64,000 nucleotides of DNA from Eledone cirrhosa (Eukaryota): NCBI GenBank assembly GCA_964016885.1, contig OZ024742.1, positions 334,552,001 to 334,616,000 on the forward strand, given 5' to 3'. A program made the position numbers and the translations under genes. Each line of letters begins with the position of its first letter. The first letter of the stretch is position 1. The notes beneath the pieces were generated by a model. That model made no database searches, was not told where the DNA came from, and was given only the letters and a program-made list of their open reading frames with translations. Below are positions 12,422 through 25,739 of the stretch, in pieces.

Positions 12422-13347
12422 GTTTGAATATGTATAATAAAGCCAAAACAATGCAGGTATGGACATAGAAAAAAGAATGCAATTGCAAAAGATATTGTTG
12501 ACAATTCCTCTTTTACCTTAGATTTATTTTAAACGTCCTTAATTTTCGAGATAATATCTCTTCTTCAGAGGGAAATAAAGGTCTCAAACCAGCGTTCTAA
12601 ATATCTTGCTAAGCCATGCTGCCAGGAAATAGTATAGAGTATCTGTTCTATCTCTAATGTCAAAGAGTTAAAATTAGGTGGATAAAGAGTAGTCTCCCTT
12701 TAAAAGGGGTTTGTTTAGGTTTTTTTTTATTTTTTTATATACATGCCTGTTTAAGTGTGTGGGAGAATGCATGAAGGTGTAAGTATGTGAGTGTGTGTGT
12801 GTGCGTGTGAGAAGATAAGTCTATTCGTAAATGTGGGGGATAGGTGTTATCTGGTGTTAGAACTGGTTTTGTGTGTGTATGTGTGAGAGAGAATAAGTGG
12901 ATGTGTAAGCGTGTGTGTGTGTGTGTGTGTGCGTGCGTGTGTGTGTATGGGGTGTGTAAATATGGGGCTAGAAGCTCTATCAGGTTATAAATTGGGTGTT
13001 GAGTTCTAGTCTATTATTGATTGGTGGTTGTGTTATATCTATAATTAGTGCTTCCTTAATTATAAGATTGCCGAGGTTTTTTTCCTTAGTTTCTATCCTA
13101 ACTGTTATGGTTTTGTCGGTGTTTTTGCATTTAACTAGGTGTTTCTTAAATGAGGAAGCGTTAGTATTGAGGTGTTCTTTTATTCTTATGTGGAGTGGTC
13201 TGGTGGTGCTACCTACGTAGAAGTTGTTGCATTTGTCACACTCTAGTCTGTATACGACGTAAGCCTGGTGGCATAGGTCTGTGTCGTTGATGGGGCAGTT
13301 GGCTAGTCTGCAGCAGTTGTCATGTCTGGTGGAGTGTCTTTTGGCTA
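12413..13347 (-). mobile_element. inverted second copy of the same PLE (GIY-YIG + 3' region)
   Basis: Reverse complement of 11169-12197. Confidence 0.92.
12537..12571 (-). ncRNA. minimal hammerhead-like motif in PLE 3' end
   Basis: CCT-CTGAAGA-A-GAGATATTATCTC-GAAA-AT-TA-AGG; the plus-arm copies at about 11925 and 12044 are degenerate. Confidence 0.55.
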
Positions 13348-13746
13348 GAGAAACTTTACAATATTAACAGAGATAAATATATCTTATTTCATCGAATGTA
13401 AAATATATAGATATTTTATGTACTTAGTATATATATATATATATATATTTGTTGATTCATTGTCTAGACTTTCGGATACCAAAAACGAACAAAATACACA
13501 GGTTTTAATAGACAAAAGATTTGACCGACAAACCTTCGAATTATGGGAATTGTTGGATTCTGTTGACGGCTGCAGTGTATATATTGCTCGTATTCAATTA
13601 TCCATTATATCTCTCTCCCCTTTGAAATGGGATAACTATATAAAAGGAGGAGACTTCACATTATATGGGGAAAAATAAAATCAATTTTTGTGGATATTAC
13701 GAGGTATATATGGAATCATATAATTAAAAGAACAAAAAATTACAAA

Positions 13747-13815
13747 TAGCAGAGCGTAGTTTCGTTTTTCGGAACTCTTTGTGGGCGCAGTACGTTTCAA
13801 CTGTGTCACACACCT
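13747..13815 (-). pseudogene. degenerate tRNA-iMet pseudogene
   Basis: Same variant as 7462. Confidence 0.7.
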
Positions 13816-13948
13816 GGCTGTTTTAATAGGACGTTGTATTACATTTAGTGACTGTCCACCATTAGATTGATAATAGTTATTTAGTTTAGATACTCCGATA
13901 GACAAGTTTGATTATATATTTTTAAAAAAAGAACAATATCAAATATGA

Positions 13949-14020
13949 TTAAACAGCGTAGTTTCGATCTACGGACCTCTGGGTTATGGGCCCAGCACGC
14001 TTCCTCTGCACCACTCTGCT
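13949..14020 (-). pseudogene. tRNA-iMet pseudogene
   Basis: Paralog of 197-268 with one extra substitution. Confidence 0.85.
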
Positions 14021-14180
14021 GCATAGAAAATTACTTGACATTTTACTATTTTTAATTTATGACCTAGTTTACCTTGATAGTATTGCATCATAGAATAAGC
14101 GTTATATTTTCTTTGTTTGAATATATCTAAACATATAGTAACGTGAAACTATATAGATTATTACGTTCATTTAGTGGATA

Positions 14181-14580
<400 letters not shown>

Positions 14581-15128
14581 GGTCTGATTGATAGAAAACT
14601 GTCGAACAAACCTGGAAAAGAAATACATTCACAAATCTCTGAGGCTAGGAAAATCCGAGGTGTAACCATTCACCCACCTTCCACTTTACTACTAATATAT
14701 CACCTATGTTGGCAACATCGTCGGTCATATTTCAGTTTTGTAGCAAAGATGGCAGTATCAGAACGATTGTTGACGTATTTACATACACACGTTTTAGGTT
14801 CCTCTCTCGGCCCAACCTATTATATTTTCGAATTTTTGGATACCATGAAGAAAATATACACCTCTTTAGCGTATGGATTTGATTGACAAAATACAGAATC
14901 GTAGAAGATGTAACTTACTGTTGACGTCTGATCATCAACTGTGTTAGTTTAGAATGATTTTCTTGAATTATCGATTACACATCTCTCTCTTTTGAAATGT
15001 AACAACTATATTAAAAGGAGAGTCTAGACATTGCATGTGACAGAATGAAATTCTCATTTAATGAAGATATTCTGCAATAGGGATGGGAATTTAGATTTAT
15101 GAAACTAAAAGACAATAAAATTATCAAA

Positions 15129-15200
15129 TAGCAGAGCGTAGTTTCGATCTGCGGACCTCTGGGTTATGGGCCCAGCACGCTTCCACTGCGCCACTACCGG
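15129..15200 (-). pseudogene. tRNA-iMet pseudogene, 5' end lost
   Basis: Paralog of 1291-1362. Confidence 0.85.
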
Positions 15201-15624
15201 ACTATATCTCAGCAAATATAAGTATACACACCTTGCTATACTTAACAGAAATAATGTCATTGGTGCCAATTGAAAAATCTAGAGAATGTTCATTTGTACA
15301 TAGTATGTACATTTCTTGATTCACTTGGTGGATATAAAAGAGGAAAACTATACAAGTTTTACTTGAGCAAGAACTTGATCGAGAAACCTTGGCATTATTG
15401 GAATTGTACGATTTTGTTGACGGTAGTTCCTCACATTTACTAGTTTAGATTGCTTGTAATGACGTATCAATTACATATCTGACTGTGTTGAAATGTGACA
15501 ACTATATACAAGGAAGTGACTACACAATATAGGTGATACAATGAAATTAAATGTTTATTTAATGGAGATACTCCATGATAGAGATGTGATTACATATTTA
15601 AACAAAACAATTAAAAAATACCAA

Positions 15625-15694
15625 TTGCAGAGCGTAGTTTCGATCTACGGACCTCTGAGTTATGGGCCCAGCAAGCTTCCACTGCCACTCTGCT
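15625..15694 (-). pseudogene. tRNA-iMet pseudogene, 2-nt deletion
   Basis: Paralog of 1787-1856. Confidence 0.85.
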
Positions 15695-16207
15695 GGTGGT
15701 ACAAATTCCACGTTACTTATATTGTCCTAATTATATCCGAGGTGACTGATTGAAAATATAAAGTTTAACCATCAATTGTGCTAGTTTAGAATGTTTGTAC
15801 TGAATTATACATTACGCATGTCTGTCTGTTGAAATGAGTGGTTCTTTCATAAAGGCGCTCGTCGTTGAAATGGTGGAATTCGAAATTGAGGAACATTTGA
15901 GTAATTAGGCTTACAATACTTTCAACAACAATACAAAGTGAATAAGGATAAAATATATTCTACAGTATCAAGGGAATGCTTTTCTATAAATTTAAACGGC
16001 TTAGGTTCCACCTAGGTTGACTGCTGAACCTCAACTCTGCTACTTTAGATTTTTGTATTGACTTATCCATTACAATGTACTGACTTATCCATAAATAAAA
16101 GGGAGAGACTACACATGATATGTGATAGAATAAAATTTTCAATTTGTGTAGATTCTGCAAGGTACGTATGGGATTATATATTTTAAAAAACAATAAAAAG
16201 ATATAAA

Positions 16208-16279
16208 TAGCAGAGCGTAGTTTCGATCTACGGACCTCTGGGTTATGGGCCCAGCACGCTTCCACTGCGCCACTCTGCT
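16208..16279 (-). tRNA. tRNA-iMet: initiator tRNA-Met (CAT), intact
   Basis: Identical to consensus; paralog of the 2680 copy. Confidence 0.97.
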
Positions 16280-16806
16280 GACTGAAAATTTAATGTGACG
16301 TTTTAGTTTATGAACTAGGGCACATTAATAGTATTGCATCATGGATTAAACTTTATTGTTCTCTCTGTGTTTCAATATGTCAGAACAGAGAGAAAACAGA
16401 AACAGTATTAATTAATGTTAATTTAGTAGTTATTGAGAAATAAATCTCGTAGACACAAATGTCCTTATGTACGATGTGACAGGTAAATATACGATGTTTA
16501 ACATTCTACAGAGCTGATGATTTCTGTGGGGCTTTTTCCTTATTTCAAAGTCTTCCTTGCAGTTTCAAAGTATTGATGTAAATTATGAAATTTACAATTT
16601 ACGATTCTGTTTATGCTAGTTCCTCAAATTTACTAGTTTAGATTGCTTGTAATGACGTATCAATTACATATCTCAGTGTTAAAATGTGACAACTATATAC
16701 AAGGGGGATGATACAAAATGTATGTGATAAAATAAAATGTCTATTTACTGGATATACTCCATGATACAGTTGTGATTATATATTTAAATAAAAACAGAAG
16801 TTCAAA

Positions 16807-16877
16807 TAGAAGAGCGTAGCTTCGATCGACGAACATCTGGGTTATGTCTCAGCACGCTTCCACTACGCCACTCTGCT
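16807..16877 (-). pseudogene. tRNA-iMet pseudogene
   Basis: Paralog of 3114, with a 1-nt anticodon-arm deletion. Confidence 0.8.
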
Positions 16878-17483
16878 GGTGGTATACATTCCTCGTTTAT
16901 TACTTATAGTGTCTTAATTATATCCGAGGTGATTGATTGAAAATATAAAGTTCAACCCTCAATTGTGCTGCTGGTTTAGAATGTTTGTGTTCCTTTACTT
17001 GAAAGCCTTCTACGTAGTTTCAAAGTATGGGTGTAAATTATTGAATTTACAATACTCAGACACATAGGCACAAGTTCAGAGCCGAAGTTTAAATAATACT
17101 GCTTATGAACCTCTCTATATTTCAGCATATATAAATAGACAACTTGTTATACTTAACGGAAATAATAGACTACTTCAATGGTGCGAATTATAAAAGCTAT
17201 AGCGTGTTAATGATAGATAGTATGTATATTTTTATTATAGATTTGGATATAAAAGACAAAAAAACATTACAAGTTTTAACAGAACAATCACTTGATTGTT
17301 ATTCTGTGTTAGTTTAGATTGCTTGTATTAAATTATCCATTATATATATATATCACTGTGTTGAAATGTGACAACTATATAAAAAGAGGAGACTACACAT
17401 GACATGTGAATGAATTTTCACTTTCTGTAGCTTCTGCGAAATTCAAATTGGGTTATATATTAAAAAACAAAAAGCAATACAAT

Positions 17484-17555
17484 TAGCAGAGCGTAGTTTC
17501 GATCTACGGACCTCTGGGTTATGGGCCCAGCACGCTTCCACTGCGCCACTCTGCT
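17484..17555 (-). tRNA. tRNA-iMet: initiator tRNA-Met (CAT), intact
   Basis: Identical to consensus; paralog of the 3792 copy. Confidence 0.97.
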
Positions 17556-18805
17556 GACTGTAAAACTTTACAAATTTTAGTGACTGTATTAGACTAGATT
17601 ACATTTATTGCATCGTCTATCACATATTATTGATCTAATTCTTTTATTATTTGTTCAAATCACTTGAGTTCAAACCCGCCGAGGTTAGCTTTGCCTTTCA
17701 TCCTTACTAGGTCGATAAGATAAAGCACCAGTAATGCACTGGGGTCGATTTAATCGACTGTCCAACCTCCCCAAATTAATGGCTTTGCGTTTATAGTAGA
17801 AATGATTATTCAACTTAATACTCTAAACATGACACATGTATAGTGCAAGGCAAATCATCCCTTTTCTAAATAATAATTGTTTCTACTTTTGGCACAAGGC
17901 CAGCAATTATCCATTGGTACTTTATTTCAACGACCCCATAAGGATGAAAGGCAAAGTTAACCTCGGTGGGATTTGAACTCAGAATGGCGTTCGATCCTCT
18001 ACCGATGCTGCCAATTCTAATTGAGGCTCAAGTCTGAAATTTAGCGGGGAGGGGGAATGTTGATTTAATTAGACTCACTACTTAACTGTTACTTTATTTT
18101 ATCAACACTAGAAGGATGAAATGCAAAGTCGGCCTTGTTGCCCTTTGAGCTGAGAACGTAAAGAGCCGGGATTAAACACCGCAACTTGGTTTGTTGGAAC
18201 TTTATTCTGCTTAACCACAACTACCAATATTTAAAGGAAATAAAGAAATACATTCTTACATCATGCAAATTGTAATACATATAGTTCTCTTATTTATATA
18301 CATTTTGTATAGATTTTTTGTTTAACTGTGTAGATCTTTACATACCAAAAAAGAAAAATATACACATTTTAGCAGAGATTTTTCCTTTATATTAATTCAT
18401 TGTCTAGATGTTTGGATAGAAAAAAGAAGCAACACATACACGTATTTTTAGAGAAATGGTTAGATCTACACACCTAGGTTTTATGGGAGCTCTACGATTC
18501 TGATGACGGCTGTGCCGTATATATTGTTGGTATTGAATTATCCATTACATATCTCTCACTCTTTTCACAAGTATATTGTAAGAAAGGTCTGCAAAAAATA
18601 TGTGATAAAATGAAATGAGTATTTAGTGTAGTTACTCCGAAATACATCGGGATTATATAGTTAAAATAAATAGAAAAAAAAAACCCAGCAGAGTAGTAGT
18701 TTCGATTTATATTAAAAGGAGAATCTACTAAATGTTTATTTAGTGAAGACACTCCAACAAAGGGATGGGATTGTATTTTAGAAAATAAACAACAAAAGCA
18801 GTAAA

Positions 18806-18877
18806 TAGCAGAGCGTAGTTTCGATCTACAGACCTCTGGGTTATGGGCCCAGCACGCTTCCACTGCGCCACTCTGAA
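18806..18877 (-). pseudogene. tRNA-iMet variant/pseudogene
   Basis: Paralog of 5120; first two nucleotides altered and one further substitution. Confidence 0.8.
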
Positions 18878-19247
18878 GGATGACTTAACATTGTACTATT
18901 TTGAATTTATGAAGTAGGTTACATTGATATTATAACATCATAGATTAAAAGTTATTTTTCTTTATGTTTCAATATATCAGAACATTGGGAAACGTGATCA
19001 ATACGGCGGTGAATTGGCAGTATCGGTAGAGCGTCGGACATGCTTTCCAGCATTGTTACGTCCCTTTACGATCTGAGTTCAAATCCGGCCGAGGTTAACT
19101 TTGCCTTTCATGCTTACCGGGTCGATAAAATAAAGTACCAGTAATGTACTGGGTAATTGCTGGCCTTATGCCTAAAATAAAAACAATTATTACGTTCCCT
19201 TAGTGGATATTGAGTTTGTACTGGAAATATTCTCTTGAATTCTCATT

Positions 19248-19300
19248 TCTACGGACATCAGGGTGATGGGCCCTGCACGGTTCCAATACGCCACTCTGCT
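19248..19300 (-). pseudogene. tRNA-iMet fragment
   Basis: Paralog of 5562-5614. Confidence 0.75.
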
Positions 19301-19679
19301 GACGGTATTGGTAAGACGCTTCCGAAAACTATTGTTAGATTCGCATTTCCTTATACACGAGGTGACGGGTTATACATTTGTTTAACATTCTCCAGAGCTG
19401 ATGATTTCTGGGGTTCGTTTATTTCGTTATTTTCAAAACCCTCGTTGTTTCAAAGTATGGGAGAAAATTATTAAATTTACAACACACAAATCTACGCAGA
19501 CAAATCAGATCTGAAGTTTGAATAATTGTTTCTATTTTTGGCACAAGGCCAGCAACTATCCCAGTGCTTTATTTTATCGACCCCGTAAGGATGAATGCAA
19601 AGTTGACTTCGGCGGGACTTGAACTATATTTTAAAAAAAGAATAATGTATTTGAAAAAAAGAACAATATCAAACATGAT

Positions 19680-19751
19680 TAGCAGAGCGTAGTTTCGATG
19701 TACAGATCTCTGGGATATGGGCCCAGCACGCTTCCACTGCGCCACTCTGCT
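19680..19751 (-). pseudogene. full-length tRNA-iMet variant with 4 substitutions (probably pseudogene)
   Basis: Both acceptor strands intact, but G53 of the T-stem/B-box and other positions are changed. Confidence 0.75.
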
Positions 19752-19913
19752 GCATAGAAAATTACTTGACATTTTGCTATTTTTAATTTATGACCTAGTT
19801 TACCTTGATAGAATTGCATCATAGATTAAGTGTTATATTTTCTTTATGTTTGAATATATCAGAACATATGGTAACGTCAAACAATATAGACTATTATGTT
19901 CATTTAGTGGATA

Positions 19914-20494
19914 TTAGCAGAATGGCCCGGCGTTGCTCTGGATTGTCTCTAGGGTTCTTATATATTTGATATATATTTATCCTTATCGATCCTCGTGAAA
20001 TTAATACGTTTGTTTATATTTTGATATTGTGTATGCAAAAATATCTGTACACGAATATATAATTATATATATATATATATATATATTAAAATAACAGATT
20101 AAAGTTAAAGCAAAGTATCGCTGCTTTCACCCTTAACGGGATCTTCTGAAACTAAAAAAATCAATCTGTGAACGTAGAAGTATATATTTCGTAAAATGTT
20201 ACACACTATATATATAGATATACACAAACTATATATACATATATACACACACAGATAGTGAGCTCATAATGCCGTAATACAGACAGCCAGACATACAGAC
20301 AGATATTATGAGTGCGCAACGTTTTATCTATGTATCTATCTATAAAGAAAGACTAAGAATTATAGAGAGAGATCGCTAATCCGCCTAATGCGGTCCCTAG
20401 GGCATTGACATTTTTGAAATATTTGCTCAAAACACTCACAGGACCATAAGTATTATAGACAGCAAACAGACATTCTCTGTTTTAGATATATAGA
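19914..20494 (-). mobile_element. non-autonomous Helitron family A, both termini present
   Basis: 5' TCTATAT at 20494; 3' hairpin + CTAA (from CTAG) at 19914; inserted between A and T with no TSD relative to the empty site at about 5517-5555. Confidence 0.85.
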
Positions 20495-20935
20495 TTAAGT
20501 TATCACTGGAAATATACTCTCGAATTCACTTTTCCTTATACACGAGGTGACTTGAATATACAATGTTTAGCATTTTACCGATCTGATGTTTGGGAATAAA
20601 TGATCAAATTTACAAAATAAAGACACACAGACAGAATCATATCCGAAGTTTAAATAATTGTTTCTACTTTTGGCACAAGGCCAGCAATTATCCAGTGCAT
20701 TGCTGGTACTTTATTTATCGACCCCGTAAGGATGAAAGGCAAAGTTAACCTCGGCGGGATTTGTACTGAGAATGGCAAGGGCCGTGTCCTATATTTCAGG
20801 AAATAATAAAGAGACACCTTCCAATACTTAACATAAAGAATTAAATATAATCTTATTTCATCAACACGAATTATAGATAGAATGAAATATACACGGGTAA
20901 TTATATATTATAAAAAACAAAAAAATAACCACATA

Positions 20936-21007
20936 TTGCGAAAGGTAGTTTCGATCTACAGACCTCCGGGTTATTGGCCCAGCACGCTTCTACTGCGCCA
21001 CTCTACT
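20936..21007 (-). pseudogene. tRNA-iMet pseudogene, anticodon mutated to AAT
   Basis: GGGTTATTGGCCC on plus; acceptor stem broken. Confidence 0.8.
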
Positions 21008-21154
21008 GACTGAAGAGATACGGGACTTTTTTCTATTTTGAATTGATGCATTAAGTTACATTGTTAGTTTTGTATCATAGGTTAAACGTTATTTTTCTTT
21101 GTATTTGAATATGTCAGATAAACAGAATTAATTAATATATTCATTTATTGTATA

Positions 21155-21830
21155 CTAGCATTAAAGCCCGGCGTTGCTCGGGGTCAGTAAGTTACCAAAG
21201 TTAGGTTGCACCACCCATTTTATGACAGCACTTTTTTCTCTGTCAGGCACTGTGTGAATGAATTGCAGACCTGGACTGCCGAAGCAGGAGCTGCGCCAGC
21301 AGTGACAATTGTAGTTTCGCCTATGGATATTATCTCAGTGCAAAGAAGTGTTGAAATTTATTGTTTCAAAGCATTTGCGCAACACGCACGTAGACGATGC
21401 CAGCCGAACAACAGAGCTGCGATGGAGTTGTTCTGCATGGTTGTCTGTGTGTTTTCTAAATTTAAGACAGTAGGGAGGGGTGTGATATGGGGGAGAGTTA
21501 GCTGCTGTTTCTAGCAGGTTTAGTGACCTCATAGAGGATATGTTTCTAACTTTAAGACAGTAGGGAGTGGTGTGATATGGGGGAGAATTAGCTGCTGTTT
21601 CTAGCAGGTTTAGTGACCACATAGAGCATATTATTGTGTATTGTAAATGAACTGATACTTTTTTCTTCCACGTTTGTTGATGTTTTAAAAAAGAATTTAT
21701 CGCTATGTTTTTTGTTGTTGAATAAATTTATCTGTTGCTTTTGAATAATTGTTGTTCCGTCTGAAATGTAATAAGTTCTTTTTGTCATTGAAGTAAATAA
21801 ATATTTGACTGTTCCATACTCAAAATCAAA

Positions 21831-21927
<97 letters not shown>

Positions 21928-22173
21928 TTAATTGTTAAGGGGAGTAGAGAGAGGTAATCAGATTCTATTAGAGGGGTAAAGCGTCATGTATTTAGTTTTA
22001 TCGATTATTTCCGTAATTGCGAGTGAATGTGAATAAAATAAATAGTCGATGACCTAACTTAGATGATTTACAACATTCCTACAGACATTGACTCGAATTG
22101 GTGTGACATTGTGCAAATGTATAAACATGGAACATGTTCACACACACAACAACAACAATCTGTCTTTTATAGA
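21155..22173 (-). mobile_element. non-autonomous Helitron family B
   Basis: 5' A|TCTATAAAA; 3' CCCGAGCAACGCCGGG hairpin + 9 nt + CTAG|T; internal about 90-bp tandem duplication and (CT)n. Confidence 0.85.
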
Positions 22174-22547
22174 TAATTATTCATTTTTCACGGAAAGTAA
22201 TCTCTTGGATTCATATTTTTCTCATATACGAAAGTATAGGTAGAAAATACAAAAATTAACGGTCTACCGAGTTGATGATTTCTAAGGGGTCTTTTGTTTC
22301 GTTATTTTTAAAACCTTCGAGGTAGTACATGGTTTCTGTATAAATTATTATATTTACAAAACAAAAAGATCACATCCGAAGTTAAAATAGAACTACTTAT
22401 CCACTGTCTTGTGCTGAAATGTGACAGCTACAGTAAAAGGAGAGACGATATATTTCATGTGAGAATGAAATGTTTATTTTGTGAAGATACTTCGACGTAG
22501 AGATATTATTATATATTTAAGAAAGAAAAGAATGAAATAAAAGTAAA

Positions 22548-22619
22548 TAGTCGAGCGTAGTTTCGATCTACGGACCTCTGGGTTATGGGTCTAGCACACT
22601 GCCACTACGCCACTCTGCT
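22548..22619 (-). pseudogene. tRNA-iMet pseudogene
   Basis: Colinear, about 7 substitutions. Confidence 0.8.
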
Positions 22620-22883
22620 GACACTATCGATATGTCGTTTTATTACTGTTACTGTCTACATGATATGCGAAATGGCTGATAGAATATATAAAGTTTAACA
22701 ATCAATTGTGCTACTTTAGAATGTTTGTATTGAATCGTCCTTTATGCATGTTTGTGTATGTGGCTACTGCATAAAAATCTGAGGCTACGGATTACATGAG
22801 GTAGAATGAAATAGTCATTTACTGTAGATACTCCGAGATACAGGTATGATTATATATTAAATAAAAGCAATAACAAACAGAAA

Positions 22884-22955
22884 TAGCTGTGTCTAGTTTC
22901 GATCTACGTAACTCGCAGTTATGGGCCCAACATGCTTCCACTGCCCCACTCTGCT
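22884..22955 (-). pseudogene. degenerate tRNA-iMet pseudogene
   Basis: Colinear, many substitutions. Confidence 0.75.
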
Positions 22956-23034
22956 GACTGATGAGAAATGTGACGTTGAATGGAGAGTGATATGACGTGT
23001 TACTACTTTTACTTTATTAACTAGTTCACATTGA

Positions 23035-23280
23035 TATTGCTGGCTATATCCAGGGATCTTTTGTGTGAGATTTCTCTTGATACCATTTACTGTGATGTTT
23101 CGAGGCAAGGGATGCTCTTTCACACAGCCAATCCACTTTGAAATGGGGGATTTTGAACTTGTGTAACATTTTATTAATAAAGCTTACAACTCTTTCAACA
23201 ACAGTACAATGTGATGAAGAATCAAAGCAACGTTCAGTATGAAGGGATTGTTTTTCTAGAAATATAAACGGCTGAGAGAT
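23035..23280 (-). pseudogene. Helitron RepHel PIF1-helicase fragment (frameshifted)
   Basis: Joined frames read CTVVE..FINKM......DWLCERA.L.PRNITVNGIKRNLTQKIPG, resembling the Helitron helicase motif WLxERAILAPxNxxVxxINxxxxxxIPG. Confidence 0.7.
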
Positions 23281-24116
23281 GCTTATCTTAAACACCGAAG
23301 GTCACGCTGCTCCACTTCCTGCCTCTGATATTCATACTGAAGAGATCTTCGTGGTTGGGAAAAAGCCGATTGTTCCACCAGTCCCAATTCCGTTTACGGA
23401 AAGGAATCCGATTGCGAGTATGTCGGAAGTCAGATGAGTTGTAAACCCATGAAAAAAGCCTAGGAAAAAAACCTTCTTTCAGTATCTCCAGCTGAGATGT
23501 GATATCTGTAACACCCAGATTACCCCTCACTCTACCTCACATCTGTTTTGGGGAAAAGAAGTCGTTGGCGAGTGAGTTTGTGGTCTGATTGATAGAAAAC
23601 TGTCGAACAAACATGGAAAAGAAATACATTCCCAAATCTCTGAGGCTAGGAAAATCCGAGGTGTAACCATTCATCCACCTCCACTTTACTACTAATATAT
23701 CACCTGTGTTGGCCACATCGTCGGTCATATTTCAGTTTTGTAGCAAATATGGCAGTATCAGAACCATTGTTGGCGTATTTACATACACACGTTTTAGGTT
23801 CCTCCCTCGGCCCACGCTATTTCATTTTCGAATTGTTGGATACCATAAAGAAAACATACACCTCTTTAGCGTACAGATTTGATTGACAAAAGACAGAATC
23901 GTAGAAGCTACACCTTATTGTTGACGGCTGATCATCAACTGTGTTAGTTTAGAATAACTTTATTACACATCTCTCTCTTTTGAAATGTAACAACTATATT
24001 AAAAGGAGAGTCTACACATTACATGTGACAGAATGAAATTCTCATTTAATGAAGATATTCTGCAATAGGGATAGGAATTTAGATTTATGAAACTAAAAGA
24101 TAATAAAATTATCAAA

Positions 24117-24158
24117 TAGCAGAGCGCAGTTTCGATCTACAGACCTCTGGGTTATGGG
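24117..24158 (-). pseudogene. tRNA-iMet 3' half
   Basis: Truncated at the anticodon; followed by a GTTATGGGTTCAGGAA tandem duplication. Confidence 0.8.
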
Positions 24159-24279
24159 TTCAGGAAGTTATGGGTTCAGGAAGTGACTACACAATATAGG
24201 TGATAAAATGAAATGTTTAATTAATTGAGATACTCCGTGTTACAGATGTGATTATTTATTTAAACAAAAGCAATTCAAA

Positions 24280-24339
24280 TAGCAGAGCGTAGTTTCGATC
24301 TACGGACCTCTGGGTAAAGGGTCCAGCACGCTTCCACTG
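24280..24339 (-). pseudogene. tRNA-iMet pseudogene, 5' truncated
   Basis: Anticodon loop mutated and first 12 nt missing. Confidence 0.8.
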
Positions 24340-24530
24340 ATATAAAGCCCAGGTTTTACAACTTGCAGTGTCTTAATTATATCCGAGGTGACTGATTGAA
24401 AATATAAAGTTTAACATCAATTAGAATGTTTGTATGTTTAGAATATTTGTACTGAATTATACATTACACATATCTGTGTGTTGAAATGTGGCAACTGAAT
24501 AAAACTTGAGGTTACACATTACATTTAATG

Positions 24531-24573
24531 TCTCTGTTATGTGCCCAGAACGCCTCCAGTATGTCACTTTGCT
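24531..24573 (-). pseudogene. tRNA-iMet 5' half relic
   Basis: Paralog of part of 2101-2172. Confidence 0.65.
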
Positions 24574-25080
24574 GACTGGATAGTGATATGACGTTTTACT
24601 TCTTTTACTTTATAAACTAGGTTATATTGATAATACTGGCTCCCTCCGGGTATCATTTGTCAGGGTTTTTTTGATGGTGGCATTTACTGTGATGTGTTCG
24701 GGGGCCAAGAGTGGTTCTTTCATACAGGCACTCGTCGTTGAAATGGTGGAATTCGAAATTGAGGAACATTTGAGTAATTAGGCTTACAATATTTTCAACA
24801 ACAATACAAAGTGAATAAGGATAAAATATATTCCACAGTATCAAGGGAATGCTTTTCTATAAATTTAAATGGCTTAGGGTCCACCTAGGTTGACTGCTGA
24901 ACCTCAACTCTGCTACTTTAGATTTTTGTATTGACTTATCCATTACAATGTACTGACTTATCCATAAATAAAAGGGAGAGACTACACATGATATGTGATA
25001 GAATGAAATTTTCAATTTGTGTAGATTCTGCAAGGTACGTATGGGATTATATATTTTAAAAAACAATAAAAAGATATAAA

Positions 25081-25152
25081 TAGCAGAGCGTAGTTTCGAT
25101 CTACGGACCTCTGGGTTATGGGCCCAGCACGCTTCCACTGCGCCACTCTGCT
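25081..25152 (-). tRNA. tRNA-iMet: initiator tRNA-Met (CAT), intact
   Basis: Identical to consensus; third paralog of the 2680 copy. Confidence 0.97.
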
Positions 25153-25668
25153 GACTGAAAAATTAATGTGACGTTTTAGTTTATGAACTAGGGCACATTG
25201 ATAGTATTGCATCATGGATTAAACCTTATTGTTTCAATATGTCAGAACAGAGAGAAAACAGAAACAGTATTAATTAATGTTAATTTAGTAGTTATTGAGA
25301 AATAAATCTCGTAGACACAAATGTCCTTATGTACGATGTGACAGGTAAATATACGATGTTTAACATTCTACAGAGCTGATGATTTCTGTGGGGCTTTTTC
25401 CTTATTTCAAAGTCTTCCTTGCAGTTTCAAAGTATTGGTGTAAATTATGAAATTTACAATTTACGATTCTGTTTATGCTAGTTCCTCAAATTTACTAGTT
25501 TAGATTGCTTGTAATGACGTATCAATTACATATCTCAGTGTTAAAATGTGACAACTATATACAAGGGGGATGATACAAAATGTATGTGATAAAATAAAAT
25601 GTCTATTTAATGGATATACTCCATGATACAGTTGTGATTATATATTTAAATAAAAACAGAAGTTCAAA

Positions 25669-25739
25669 TAGAAGAGCGTAGCTTCGATCGACGAACATCT
25701 GGGTTATGTCTCAGCACGCTTCCACTACGCCACTCTGCT
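25669..25739 (-). pseudogene. tRNA-iMet pseudogene
   Basis: Same variant as 16807-16877. Confidence 0.8.

Noticed and set aside
23470-23560. CDICNTQ...HL..GK zinc-finger-like peptide on the plus strand
   Set aside because: Short, flanked by stops, with incomplete His spacing; not supportable.
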